NCBI RefSeq assembly: GCF_009914755.1
Contig: NC_060933.1
Strand: one strand, 5' to 3'
DNA: 64,000 nt
Source of the DNA: the human T2T-CHM13v2.0 reference genome, Homo sapiens
Positions 28,450 to 41,800 of the stretch are shown piece by piece (the first letter of the stretch is position 1; the number at the start of each line of letters is the position of its first letter). The position numbers were made by a program, and so were the translations under genes. The notes under the pieces were generated by a model. It had not been told where the DNA came from. It did not search any database and saw only the letters and a program-made list of their open reading frames with translations.

Positions 28450-31400
28450 GAATGGAATCAACGCGAGTGCAGGGGAATGGAATGGAATGGAAGGCAATGG
28501 AATGGAATTTTCCGGAATGGAATGGAATGGAATGGAGTGAAATGCAATGGATTCAACTCGATTGCAATGGATTGGAATAGAATGGAATGGAATTTAATGG
28601 AATGGAATGGAATGGAATTAACCCGAATAGAATGGAATGGAATGGAATGGAACGGAATGGAACGGAATGGAATGGAATGGAATGGAATGGTATGGAATGG
28701 AATGGAATGGTACGGAATAGAATGGAATGGAATGAATTGTAATGGAATGGAATTGAATGGAATGGAATGGAATGGAATGGAATCAACGCAAGTGCAGGGG
28801 AATGTAATGGAACGGAATGCAATGGAATGGAATCATCCGGGATGGAATGGAATGGAATGGAGTGGAATGGAATGGAATCAACCCGAGTGCAATGGAATGG
28901 AGTGGAATGGAATGGAATGGAATGGACCAACCCGAATGGAATGGAATGTAATGGAGAGTAATGGAGTTGAATAGAATCAATCCGAATGGAATGGAATGGA
29001 ATGCAACCGAATGGAATGGAATGGAATGGAATGGAATGGAATGGAATGCAATGGAATGGAATCAACCCGAGTACAATGGAATGGAATGGAATGGAATGGA
29101 ATGGAATGGAATGATACGGAATAGAATGGAATGGAACGAAATGGAATGGAATGGAATGGAATGGAATGGAATGGAATCGTTCCGAGTGGAATAGGAGGGA
29201 ATGTATTCGAGTGGAATGGAAAGGAATGGAATCAACCAGAGTGGAATGGAAGGGAATGGAATGGAATGGAAACTAATAGAATGGAATCAACCCGAGTGGA
29301 ATGGAATGGAAAGGACTGGAATGGAATGGAATGGAATGGAATGGAATGGAATGGAATCAACTCGATTGTAATGGAATGGAATGGAATGGAATGGAATGGA
29401 ATGGAATTAACCCGAATACAATGGAATGGAATGGAATGGAACGGAATGGAGTGGAATGGAATGGAATCAACCCGAGTGCAGGAGAATGGAATGGAATGGA
29501 ATGCAACGGAATGGAATCATCCGGAATGGAATGGAATGGAATGGAATGCAAAGCAATGGAATCAACTCGATTGCAATGGAATGGAATGGAATGGAAAGGA
29601 ATACATTGGAATCAACCCGAGTGGAATGGAATGGAAAGGACAGGAATGGAGTGGAATGGAATGGAATGGAATGGAATGGAATCAACTCGATTGGAATGGA
29701 ATGGAATGGAATGGAATGGAATGGAATTAACCCGAATAGAATGGAATGGAATGGAATGGAACGGAACGGAACGGAACGGAATGGAATGGAATGGAATGGA
29801 ATGGAATGGAATGGAATGGAATCAACCCGACTGCAGGGGAATGGAATGGAATGGAATGCAATGGAATGGATTCAACTTGAATGGAATGGAAAGAATGGAA
29901 TCAACACGAGTGGAATGGCATGGATTGGAATGGAATGGAATGGAATCAACCCGAGTACAGGGGAATGGAATGGAATGCAATGGAATGGAATCATCCGTAA
30001 TGGAATGGAAAGGAATGGAATGGAATGGAATGGAATGGAATGGAATGGAATGGAATGGAATGGAATCAACTCGATTGCAATCGAATGGAATGGAATGGAA
30101 TTAACCCGAATAGAATGGAATGGAATGGAATGGAACGGAATGGAATGGAATGGAATGCAATGGAATGGAATGGAACGGAACGGAATGGAATGGAATGGAA
30201 TCAACGCGAGTGCAGGGGAATGGAATGGAATGGAATGCAATGGAATGGAATCTTCCGGAATGGAATGGAATGGAATGGAATGGAATGGAATGGAGTGGAA
30301 TCGAATGGAATGAAATGCAATGGATTCAACTCGATTGCAATGGAATGGAATAGAATGGAATGGAATGGAATGGAATGGAATTAATCCGAATAGAATGGAA
30401 TGGAATGGAATGGAAAGGAATGGAACGGAATGGAATGGAATGGAATGGTATGGAATGGAATGGAATGGTACGGAATAGAATGGAATGGAACGAATTGTAA
30501 TGCAATGGAATTGAATGGAATGGAATGGAATGGAATGGAATCAACGCGAGTGCAGGGGAATGTAATGGAACGGAATGCAATGGAATGGAATCATCCGGAA
30601 TGGAATGGAATGGAATGGAATGGAATGGAATCAACCCGAGTGCAATGGAATGGAGTGGAATGGAATGGAATGGAATGGAACAACCCGAATGGAATGGAAT
30701 GTAATGGAGAGTAAGGGAGTTGAATAGAATCAATCCGAATGTAATGGAATGGAATGCAACGGAATGGAATGGAATGGAATGGAATGGAATGCAATGGAAT
30801 GGAATCAACCCGAGTACAACGGAATGGAATGGAATGGAATGGAATGGAATGGAATGGAATGAAATGCAATGATACGGAATAGAATGGAATGGAACGAAAT
30901 GGAATGGAATGGAATGGAATGGACTGGAATGGAATGGAATGGAATCGATCCAAGTGGAATATGAGGGAATGTATTCGAGTGGAATGGAAAGGAATGGAAT
31001 CAACCAGAGTGGAATGGAAGGGAATGGAATGGAATGGAAACTAATAGAATGGAATCAACCCGAGTGGAATGGAATGGAAAGCACTGGAATGGAATGGAAT
31101 GGAACGGAATCAACTCGATTGTAATGGAATGGAATGGAATGGAATGGAATGGAATGGAATGGAGTGGAAAGGAATGGAATCAACACGAGTGCAGGGGAAT
31201 GGAATGGAATGGAATGAAATGGAATGGAATCATCCGGAATGGAATGGAATGGAATGGAATGCAAAGCAATGGAATCAACTCGATTGCAATGGAAAGGAAT
31301 GGAATGGAAAGGAATACATTGGAATCAACCCGACTGGAATGGAATGGAAAAGACTGGAATGGAGTGGAATGGAATGGAATGGAATGGAATGGAATCAACT

Positions 31401-34130
31401 CGATTGGAATGGAATGGAATGGAATGGAATGGAAAAGAATTAACCCGAATAGAATGGAATGGAATGGAATGGAACGGAACGGAATGGAATGGAATAGAAT
31501 GGAATGGAATGGAATGGAATGGAATAAACCCGACTGCAGGGGAATGGAATGGAATGGAATGCAATGGAATGGATTCAACTTGAATGGAATGGAAAGAATG
31601 GAATCAACACGAGTGGAATGGCATGGATTGGAATGGAAAGGAATGGAATCAACCCGAGTAAAGGGGAATGGAATGGAATGGAATGCAATGGAATGGAATC
31701 ATCCGTAATGGAATGGAAAGGAATGGAATGGAATGGAATGGAATGGAATGGAATGGAATGGAATGGAATCAACTCGATTGCAATCGAATGGAAAGGAATG
31801 GAATTAACCCGAATGGAATGGAATGGAATGGAATGGAACGGAACAGAACGGAATGGAATGGATTGGAATGGAATGGAATGGAATGGAACGGAAAGGAATG
31901 GAATGGAATGGAATGGAATGGAATCAACGCGAGTGCAGGGGAATGGAATGGAATGGAATGCAATGGAATGGAATCTTCCGGAATGGAATGGAATGGAATG
32001 GAATGGAATGGAATGGAATCAACTCGATTGCAATCGAATGGAATGGAATGGAATTAACCCGAATAGAATGGAATGGAATGGAATGGATCGGAACGGAATG
32101 GAATGGAATGGAATGGAATGGAATGGAACGGAACGGAATGGAATTGAATGGAATGGAATGGAATGGAACGGAACGGAACGGAACGGAATGGAATGGAATG
32201 GAATGGAATGGAATCAACGCGAGTGCAGGGGAATGGAATGGAATGGAATGCAATGGAATGGAATCTTCCGGAATGGAATGGAATGGAATGGAATGAAATG
32301 CAATGGATTCAACTCGATTGCAATGGATTGGAATAGAATGGAATGGAATGGAATGGAATGGAATGGAATGGAATTAACCCGAATAGAATGGAATGGAATG
32401 GAATGGAACGGAATGGAACGGAATGGAATGGAATGGAATGGAATGGAATGGTATGGAATGGAATGGAATGCTACGGAATAGAATGGAATGGAACGAATTG
32501 TAATGGAATGGAATGGAATGGAATGGAATGAAATGGAATGGAATCAACGCGAGTGCAGGGGAATGTAATGGAACGGAATGCAATGGAATGGAATCATCCG
32601 GGATGGAATGGAATGGAATGGAATGGAATCAACCCGAGTGCAATGGAATGGAGTGGAATGGAATGGAATGGAATGGAACAACCCGAATGGAATGGAATGT
32701 AATGGAGAGTAATGGAGTTGAATAGAATCAATCCGAATGTAATGGAATGGAATGCAACCGAATGGAATGGAATGCAACCGAATGGAATGGAATGGAATGG
32801 AATGGAATGCAATGGAATGGAATCAACCCGAGTACAATGGAATGGAATGGAATGGAATGGAATGGAATGGAATGGAATGGAATGCCTTCAAACCGAATGG
32901 AATGGAAAAGAATGGAATCAACACGAGTGGAATGGAATGGAATGGAATGGAATGGAATGGAATGATACGGAATAGAATGGAATGGAACGAAATGGAATGG
33001 AATGGAATGGAATGGAATGGAATGGAATGGAATCGTTCCGAGTGGAATAGGAGGGAATGTATTCGAGTGGAATGGAAAGGAATGGAATCAACCAGAGTGG
33101 AATGGAAGGGAATGGAATGGAATGGAAATTAATAGAATGGAATCAACCCGAGTGGAATGGAATGGAAAGGACTGGAATGGAATGGAATGGAATGGAATGG
33201 AATGGAATGGAATTAACCCGAATACAATGGAATGGAATGGAATGGAACGGAATGGATTGGAATGGAATGGAATCAACCCGAGTGTAGGGGAATGGAATGG
33301 AATGGAATGCAATGGAATGGAATCATCCGGAATGGAATGGAATGGAATGGAATGCAAAGCAATGGAATCAACTCGATTGCAATGGAATGGAACGGAAAGG
33401 AAAGGAATACATTGGAATCAACCCGAGTGGAATGGAATGGAAAGGACTGGAATGGAGTGGAATGGAATGGAATGGAATGGAATGGAATCAACTCGATTGG
33501 AATGGAATGGAATGGAATGGAATGGAATGGAATGGAATTAACCCGAATAGAATGGAATGGAATGGAATGGAATGGAATGGAACGGAACGGAACGGAATGG
33601 AATGGAATGGAATGGAATGGAATCGAATGGAATGGAATCAACCCGACTGCAGGGGAATGGAATGGAATGGAATGCAATGGAATGGATTCAACTTGAATGG
33701 AATGGAAAGAATGGAATCAACACGAGTGGAATGGCATGGATTGGAATGGAATGGAATGGAATCAACCCGAGTACAGGGGAATGCAATGGAATGGAATGCA
33801 ATGGAATGGAATCATCCGTAATGCAATGGAAAGGAATGGAATGGAATGGAATGGAATAGAATGGAATGGAATGGAATGGAATCAACTCGATTGCAATCGA
33901 ATGGAATGGAATGGAATTAACCCGAATAGAACGGAATGGAATGGAATGGAACGGAACGCAACGGAATGGAATGGAATGGAATGGAATGGAATGGAATGGA
34001 ATGGAACGGAAAGGAATGGAATGGAATGGAATGGAATGGAATGGAATGGAATGGAATGGAATGGAATCAACGCGAGTGCAGGGGAATGGAATGGAATGGA
34101 ATGCAATGGAATGGAATCTTCCGGAATGGA
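28450..34130 (+). repeat. Diverged ~3.75-3.86-kb spaced duplication (~28450..30260 vs ~32210..34130)
   Basis: Shared private variants in the same order: gcaatggattggaatag (~28564/~32320), catccgggatgg (~28834/~32595), ggagagtaatggagttg (~28953/~32704), atgcaaccgaatgg (29001/32752), cgttccgag (29178/33034), atacattgg (~29601/~33407). Confidence 0.78.
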
Positions 34131-37100
34131 ATGGAATGGAATGGAATGCAATGGAATGGAATCAACCCGAGTGCAATCGAATGGAATCGAATGGAATGGA
34201 ATGCAATGGAATGGACTCAACTTGAATGGAATGGAAAGAATGGAATCAACACGAGTGGAAGGGCATGCATTGGAATGCAATGGATTGGAATCAACCCGAG
34301 TACAGGGGAATGGAATGGAATGGAATGCAATGGAATGGAATCATCCGTAATGGAATGGAAAGGAATGGAATGGAATGGAATGGAATGGAATCAATACGAT
34401 TGCAATCGAATGGAATGGAATGGAATGGAATGGAATGGAATGATATGGAATAGAATGGAATGGAACAAAATGGAATGGAATGGAATGGAATGGAAGGGAA
34501 TGGAATGGAATGGAATGGAATGGAATCGTTCCGAGTGGAATAGGAGGGAATCTATTCGAGTGGAATGGAAAGGAATGGAATCAACCAGAGTGGAATGGAA
34601 GGGAAAGGAATGGAGTGGAAACTAATAGAATGGAATCAACCCGAGAGGAATGGAATGGAAAGGGCTGGAATGGAAATGAATGGAATGGAATGGAATGCAA
34701 TGGAATGGAATGGAATGGAATCAACGCGAGTGCAGGGGAATGGAATGGAACGGAATGCAATGGAATAGAATCATCCGGAATGGAATGGAATGGAATGGAA
34801 TGGAATGGAATGGTATGGAATCAACCCGAGTGCAATGGAATGGAGTGGAATGGAATGGAATGGAATGGAACAACCCGAATGGAATGGAATGTAATGGAGA
34901 GTAAGGGAGTTGAAAAGAATCAATCCGAATGTAATGGAATGGAATGGAACGGAATGGAATGGAATGGAATGCAATGGAATGGAATCAACCCGAGTACAAT
35001 GGAATGAAATGGAATGGAATGGAATGGAATGGAATGCAATGGAATGGAGTCTTCCGGAATGGAATGGAATGGAATGGAATGGAATGCAATGGATTCAACT
35101 CGATTGCAATGGAATGGAATAGAATGGAATGGAACGGAATGGAATGGAATTAAACCGAATAGAATGGAATGGAATGGAATTAAACCGAATAGAATGGAAT
35201 GGAATGGAATGGAACGGAACGGAACGGAACGGAACGGAACGGAGTGGAATGGAATGGAATGGAATTGTATGGAATGGAATGGAATGGTACGGAATAGAAT
35301 GGAATGGAAAGAATTGGAATGGAATGGAATCGAATGGAATGGAATGGAATGGAATGGAATCAACCCGAGTGCAGGGGAATGTAATGGAACGGAATGCAAT
35401 GGAATGAAATCATCCGGAATGGAATGGAATGGAATGGAATGGAATGGAATGGAATGGAATGGAATCAACCCGAGTGCAATGGAATGGACTCGAATGGAAT
35501 GGAATGGAATGGAACAACCCGAATGGAATGGAATGTAATGGACAGTAAGGGAGTTGAATAGAATCAATCCGAATGTAATGGAATGGAACGGAATGGAAAG
35601 GAATGGAATGGAATGGAAAGGAATGGAATGCAATGGAATGGAATCAACGCGAGTACAATGGAACGGAAAGTAATGTAATGTAATGTAATGGAATGGAATG
35701 GAATGGAATGGAATGGAATCAACCCGAGTGCAATGGAATGGAGAGGAATGGAACGGAATGGAATGGAAACTACCCGAATGGAATGGATTGTAATGGAGTG
35801 TAAGGGAATTGAATAAAATCAATCCGAATGGAATGGAATGGAATGGAACGGAATGTAATGGAATGGAATGGAATGGAATCAACCCGAGTGCAGGGGAATG
35901 GAATGGAATGGAATCCAATGGAATGGAATCATCCGGAATGGAATGGAATGGAATGCAATGGAATGGAAAGAATGGAATCCACCCGAGCACAATGGAATGG
36001 AGTGAAATGGAATGGAATGGAATGGAAACAACCAGAATGGATTGGAATATAATGGAGTGTAAGGGAATTGAATAGAATCAATCTGAATGTAAAGAAATGG
36101 AATGGAACGGAATGGAATGGAATGGAATGGAATGGAATGGAATGGAATGCAATGGAATGGAATCAACCCGAGTGCAATCGAATGGAATCGAATGGAATGG
36201 AATGCAATGGAATGGATTCAACTTGAATGGAATGGAAAGAATGGAATCAAAACGAGTGGAATGGCATGGATTGGAATGGAATGGAATGGAATCAACCCGA
36301 GTACAGGGGAATGGAATGGAATGGAATGCAATGGAATGGAATCAGCCGTAATGGAAAGGAAAGGAATGGAATGGAATGGAATGGAATGGAATGGAATGGA
36401 ATCAACTCAATAGCAATCGAATGGAATGGAATGGAATTAACCCGAATAGAATGGAATGGAATAGAATGGAACGGAACGGAATGGAATGGAATGTAATGGA
36501 ATGGAATGGAACGGAACGGAATGGAATGGAATGGAATGGAATGGAATGGAATGGAATGGAATCAACGCGAGTGCAGGGGAATGGAATGGAATGGAATGCA
36601 ATGGAATGGAATCTTCCGGAATGGAATGGAATGGAATGGAATGGAATGAAATGCAATGGATTCAACTCGATTGCAATGGAATGGAATAGAATGGAATGGA
36701 ATGGAATGGAATTAACCCGAATAGAATGCAATGGAATGGAATGGAACGGAATGGAACGGAAAGGAATGGAATGGAATGGAATGGAATGGTATGGAATGGA
36801 ATGGAATGGTACGGAATAGAATGGAATGGAATGAATTGTAATGGAATGGAATTGAATGGAATGGAATGGAATGGAATGGAATCAACCCGAGTGCAGGGGA
36901 ATGTAATGGAACGGAATGCAATGGAATGGAATCATCCGGAATGGAATGGAATGGAATGGAATGGAATGGAATCAACCCAATTGCAATGGAATGGACTGGA
37001 ATGGAATGGAATGGAATGGAACAACCCGAATGGAATGGAATGTATTGGAGAGTAAGGGAGTTGAATAGAATCAATCCGAAAGTAATGGAATGGAATGCAA

Positions 37101-38465
37101 CGGAATGGAATGGAATGGAATGGAATGGAATGCAATGGAATGGAATCAACCCGAGTACAATGGAATGGAATGGAATGGAATGGAATGGAATGCCTACAAA
37201 CCGAATGGAATGGAAAGGAATGGAATCAACACGAGTGGAATGGAATGGAATGGAATGGAATGGAATGATACGGAATAGAATGGAATGGAACGAAATGGAA
37301 TGGAATGGAATGGAATGGAATGGAATCGTTCCGAGTGGAATAGGAGGGAATGTATTCGAGTGGCATGGAAAGGAATGGAATCAACCAGAGTGGAATGGAA
37401 GGGAATGGAATGGAATGGAAACTAATAGAATGGAATCAATCCGAGTGGAATGGAATGGAAAGGACTGGAATGGAAAGGAATGGAATGGAATGGAATGAAA
37501 TGGAATGGAATGGAATGGAATCAACGCGAGTGAAGGGGAATGGAATGGAATCGAATGGAATGGAATGGAATGGAATGGAAGCAACCCGAGTGCAGGGGAA
37601 TGTAATGGAATGGAATGCAATGGAATGGAATCATCCGGAATGGAATGGAATGGAATGGAATGGAATCAACCCGAGTGCAATGGAATGGAGTGGAATGGAA
37701 TGGAATGGAATGGAACAACCCGAATGGAATGGAATGTAATGGAGAGTAAGGGAGTTGAAAAGAATCAACCCGAATGTATTGGAATGGAATGGAACGGAAT
37801 GGAATGGAATGGAATGGAATGGAATGGAATGGAATGCAATGTAATGGAATCAAACCGAGTACAATGGAATGGAATGGAATGGGATGGAATGGAATGGAAT
37901 GCAATGGAATGGAATCTTCCGGAATGGAATAGAATGGAATGGAATGGAATGGAATGGAATGGAATGCAATGCATTCAACTCGATTGCAATGGAATGGAAT
38001 AGAATGGAATGGAATGGAATGGAATGGAATGGAATTAAACCGAATAGAATGGAATGGAATGGAATGGAACGGAACGGAACGGAAAGGAAGGGAATGGAAT
38101 GGAATAGAATGGAATGGAATGGAATAGAATGGAATCAACTCGATTCCAATGGAATGGAATGGAATAGAACGGAATGGAATTAACACGAATAGAATGGAAT
38201 GGAATGGAATGGAACGGAATGGAATGGAATGGAATGGATTCAACTCTATTGCAATGGAATGAAATAGAATGGAATGGAATGGAATGGAATGGAATTAACC
38301 CGAGTAGAATGGAATGGAATGGAATGGAACGGAATGTAATGGAATAGAATGGAATTGAATCAACCTGAGTGCAGGGGAATGGAATGGAATGGAAAGCAAT
38401 GGAATGGAATCATCAGGAATGGAATGGAATGGAATGGTATGGAATGGAATGGAATGGAATGGAAT

Positions 38466-38810
38466 CAACTCGATTTCAATGGAATGGAATGGAATAGAAT
38501 GGAATGGAATTAACACGAATAGAATGGATTGGAATGCAATGGAATGGATCGGAAAGGAATGGAATGGAATGGAATGGAATCAACTCGATTTCAATGGAAT
38601 GGAATGGAATAGAATGGAATGGAATTAACACGAATAGAATGGATTGGAATGCAATGGAATGGATCGGAAAGGAATGGAATGGAATGGAATGGAATCAACT
38701 CGATTTCAATGGAATGGAATGGAATAGAATGGAATGGAATTAACACGAATAGAATGGATTGGAATGGAATGGAATGGAACGGAAAGGAATGGAATGGAAT
38801 GGAATGGAAT
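38466..38810 (+). repeat. 115-bp unit in three tandem copies
   Basis: caactcgatttcaatgg at 38466, 38581, 38696; ORF starts 38504, 38619, 38734 step by 115; copies 1 and 2 share gcaat/ggatcgg variants that copy 3 lacks. Confidence 0.92.
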
Positions 38811-41800
38811 CAACCCAAGTGCAGGGGAATGGAATGGAATGGAATTCAGTGGAATGGAATCATCCGGAATGGAATGGAATGGAATGGAATGGAATGGAAA
38901 GGAATCAACCCGAGTGCAATGGAATGGAGAGGAATGGAATGGAATGGAATGGAATGGATTCAACTCGATTGCAATGGAATGGAATGGAATGGAATGGAAT
39001 GGAATGGAATGGAATTAACCCGAATAGAATGGAATGGAATGGAATGGAAAGGAAGGTAATGGAATGGAATGGAATGGAATCAACTCGATTCCAATGGAAT
39101 GGAATGCAATGGAATGGAATGGAATGGAATGGAATCAACCTGAGTGCAGGGGAATGGAATGGAATGGAATGCAATGGAATGGAATCATCAGGAATGGAAT
39201 GGAATGGAATGGAATGGAATGGAATGGAATGGAATGGAATCAACTCGTTTTCAATGGAATGGAATGGAGTGGACTGGAATGGAATGGAATGTAAACAACC
39301 GGAATGGAATGGAATGTAATGGAGTGTAAGGGAATTGAATGGAATCAATCCGAATGCAATGGAATGGAATGGAAAGGAATGGAATTGAATGGAATGGAAT
39401 GGAATGGAATCAACCCGAGTGTAATGGAATGGAATCGAAAGGAATGGAAAGGAATGGAATGGATTCAACACCAATGTAATGGAAAGGAATGGAATCAACC
39501 CGAGTGGAATGGCATGGAATGGAATGGAAAGGAATGGAATGGAATGGTACAGAACGGAGTGGATTGGAACGAAATGGAATGGAATGGAATAGAATGGAAT
39601 CAACTCGATTGCAATGGAATGGAATGGAATGGAATGGAATAGAATGGAATGGAATTAACCCGAATAGATTGGAATGGAATGGAATGGAATCAACCCGAGT
39701 ACAGGGGAATGGAATGGAATGGAATGCAATAGAATGGAATCATCCGTAAAGGAATGGAAAGGAATGGAATGGAATGGAAAGGAATGGAATAGAATGGAAT
39801 TGAATGGAATGGAATCAACTCGATTGCAATAGAATGGAATGGAATGGAATTAACCCGAATAGAATGGAATGGAATGGAATGGAACGGAACGGAATGGAAT
39901 GGAATGGAATGGAACGGAACGGAATGGAATGGAAAAGAATGGAATGGAATGGAATGGACTGGAATGGAATCAACGCGAGTGCAGTGGAATGGAATGGAAT
40001 CGAATGCAATGGAATGGTATGTTCCGGAATGGAATGGAATGGAATGCAATGGAATGGAATGGAATGCAATGGATTCAACTCGATTGCAATGGAATGGAAT
40101 AGAATGGAATGGAATGGAATGGAATGGAATCAACCCGAATAGAATGGAATGGAATGGAATGGAACGGAACGGAATGTAACGGAACAGAATGGAATGGAAT
40201 GCAATGGAATGGAATGGAATGGTATGGAATGGAATGGAATGGTACGGAATAGAATGGAATGGAATGAATTGGAATGGAATGGAATCGAGTGGAATGCAAT
40301 GGAATCAACCCGAGTGCAGGGGAATGTATTGGAACGGAATGCAATGGAATGGAATCATCCGCAATGGAATGGAATGGAATGGAATGGAATGGAATGGAAT
40401 GAAACCGAGTGCAATGGAATGGAGTGGAATGGAATGGAATGGAATGTAAACAACCCGAATGGAATGGAATATAATGGAGTGTAAGGGAATTGAATGGAAT
40501 CAATCCGAATGCAATGGAATGGAATGGAAAGGAATGGAATTGAATGGAATGGAATGGAATGGAATCAACCCGAGTGCAATGGAATGGAATCGAAAGGAAT
40601 GGAAAGGAATGGAATGGATTCAACACCAATGTAATGGAATGGAATGGAATCAACCCGAGTGGAATGGCATGGAATGGAATGGAAACGAATGGAATGGAAT
40701 GGTACAGAACGGAATGGATTGGAACGAAATGGAATGGAATGGAATGGAATGGAATGGAATGGAATGGAATGGAATGGAATGGAATCAACTCGATTGCAAT
40801 CGAATGGAATGGAATGGAATAGAATGGAATGGAATTAACCCGAATAGATTGGAAAGGAATGGAATGGAATCAACCCGAGTACAGGGGAATGGAATGGAAT
40901 GGAATGCAATGGAATGGAATCATCCGTAAAGGAATGGAAAGGAATGGAATGGAATGGAATGGAATGGAATGGAATGGAATCAATGCGAGTGCAGGGGAAT
41001 GGAATGGAATGGAATGCAATGGAATGGAATCTTCCGTAATAGAATGGAATGGAATGGAATGGAATGGAATGGAATGGAATGGAATGCATTCAACTCGATT
41101 GCAATGGAATGGAATGGAATGGAATAGAATGGAATGGAATGGAATTAACCCGAATAGAATGGAATGGAATGGAATGGAAAGGAAGATAATGGAATGGAAT
41201 GGAATGGAATCAACCCGAGTGCAGGGGAATGGAATGGAATGGAATGCAATGGAATGGAATCGTCCGGAATGGAATGCAATGGAATGGAATGGAATGCAAT
41301 GGAATGGAATCATCCGGAATGGAATGGAATGGAATGGAATGGAATGGAATGGAATAAACTCGATTCCAATGGAATGGAATGGAATAGAACGGAATGGAAT
41401 TAACACGAATAGAATGGAATGGAATGGAATGGAACGGAATGGAATGGAATGGAATGGATTCAACTCGATTGCAATGGAATGAAATAGAATGGAATTGAAT
41501 GGAATGGAATGGAATTAACCAGAATAGAATGGAATGGAATGGAATGGAACGGAATGTAATGGAATAGAATGGAATGGAATCAACCTGAGTGCAGGGGAAT
41601 GGAATGGAATGGAATGCAATGGAATGGAATCATCAGGAATGGAATGGAATGGAATGGAATGGAATGGAATGGAATCAACTCGATTTCAATGGAATGGAAT
41701 GGAATAGAATGGAATGGAATTAACACGAATAGAATGGATTGGAATGGAATAGAATGGAACGGAAAGGAATGGAATGGAATGGAATGGAATCAACCCAATT

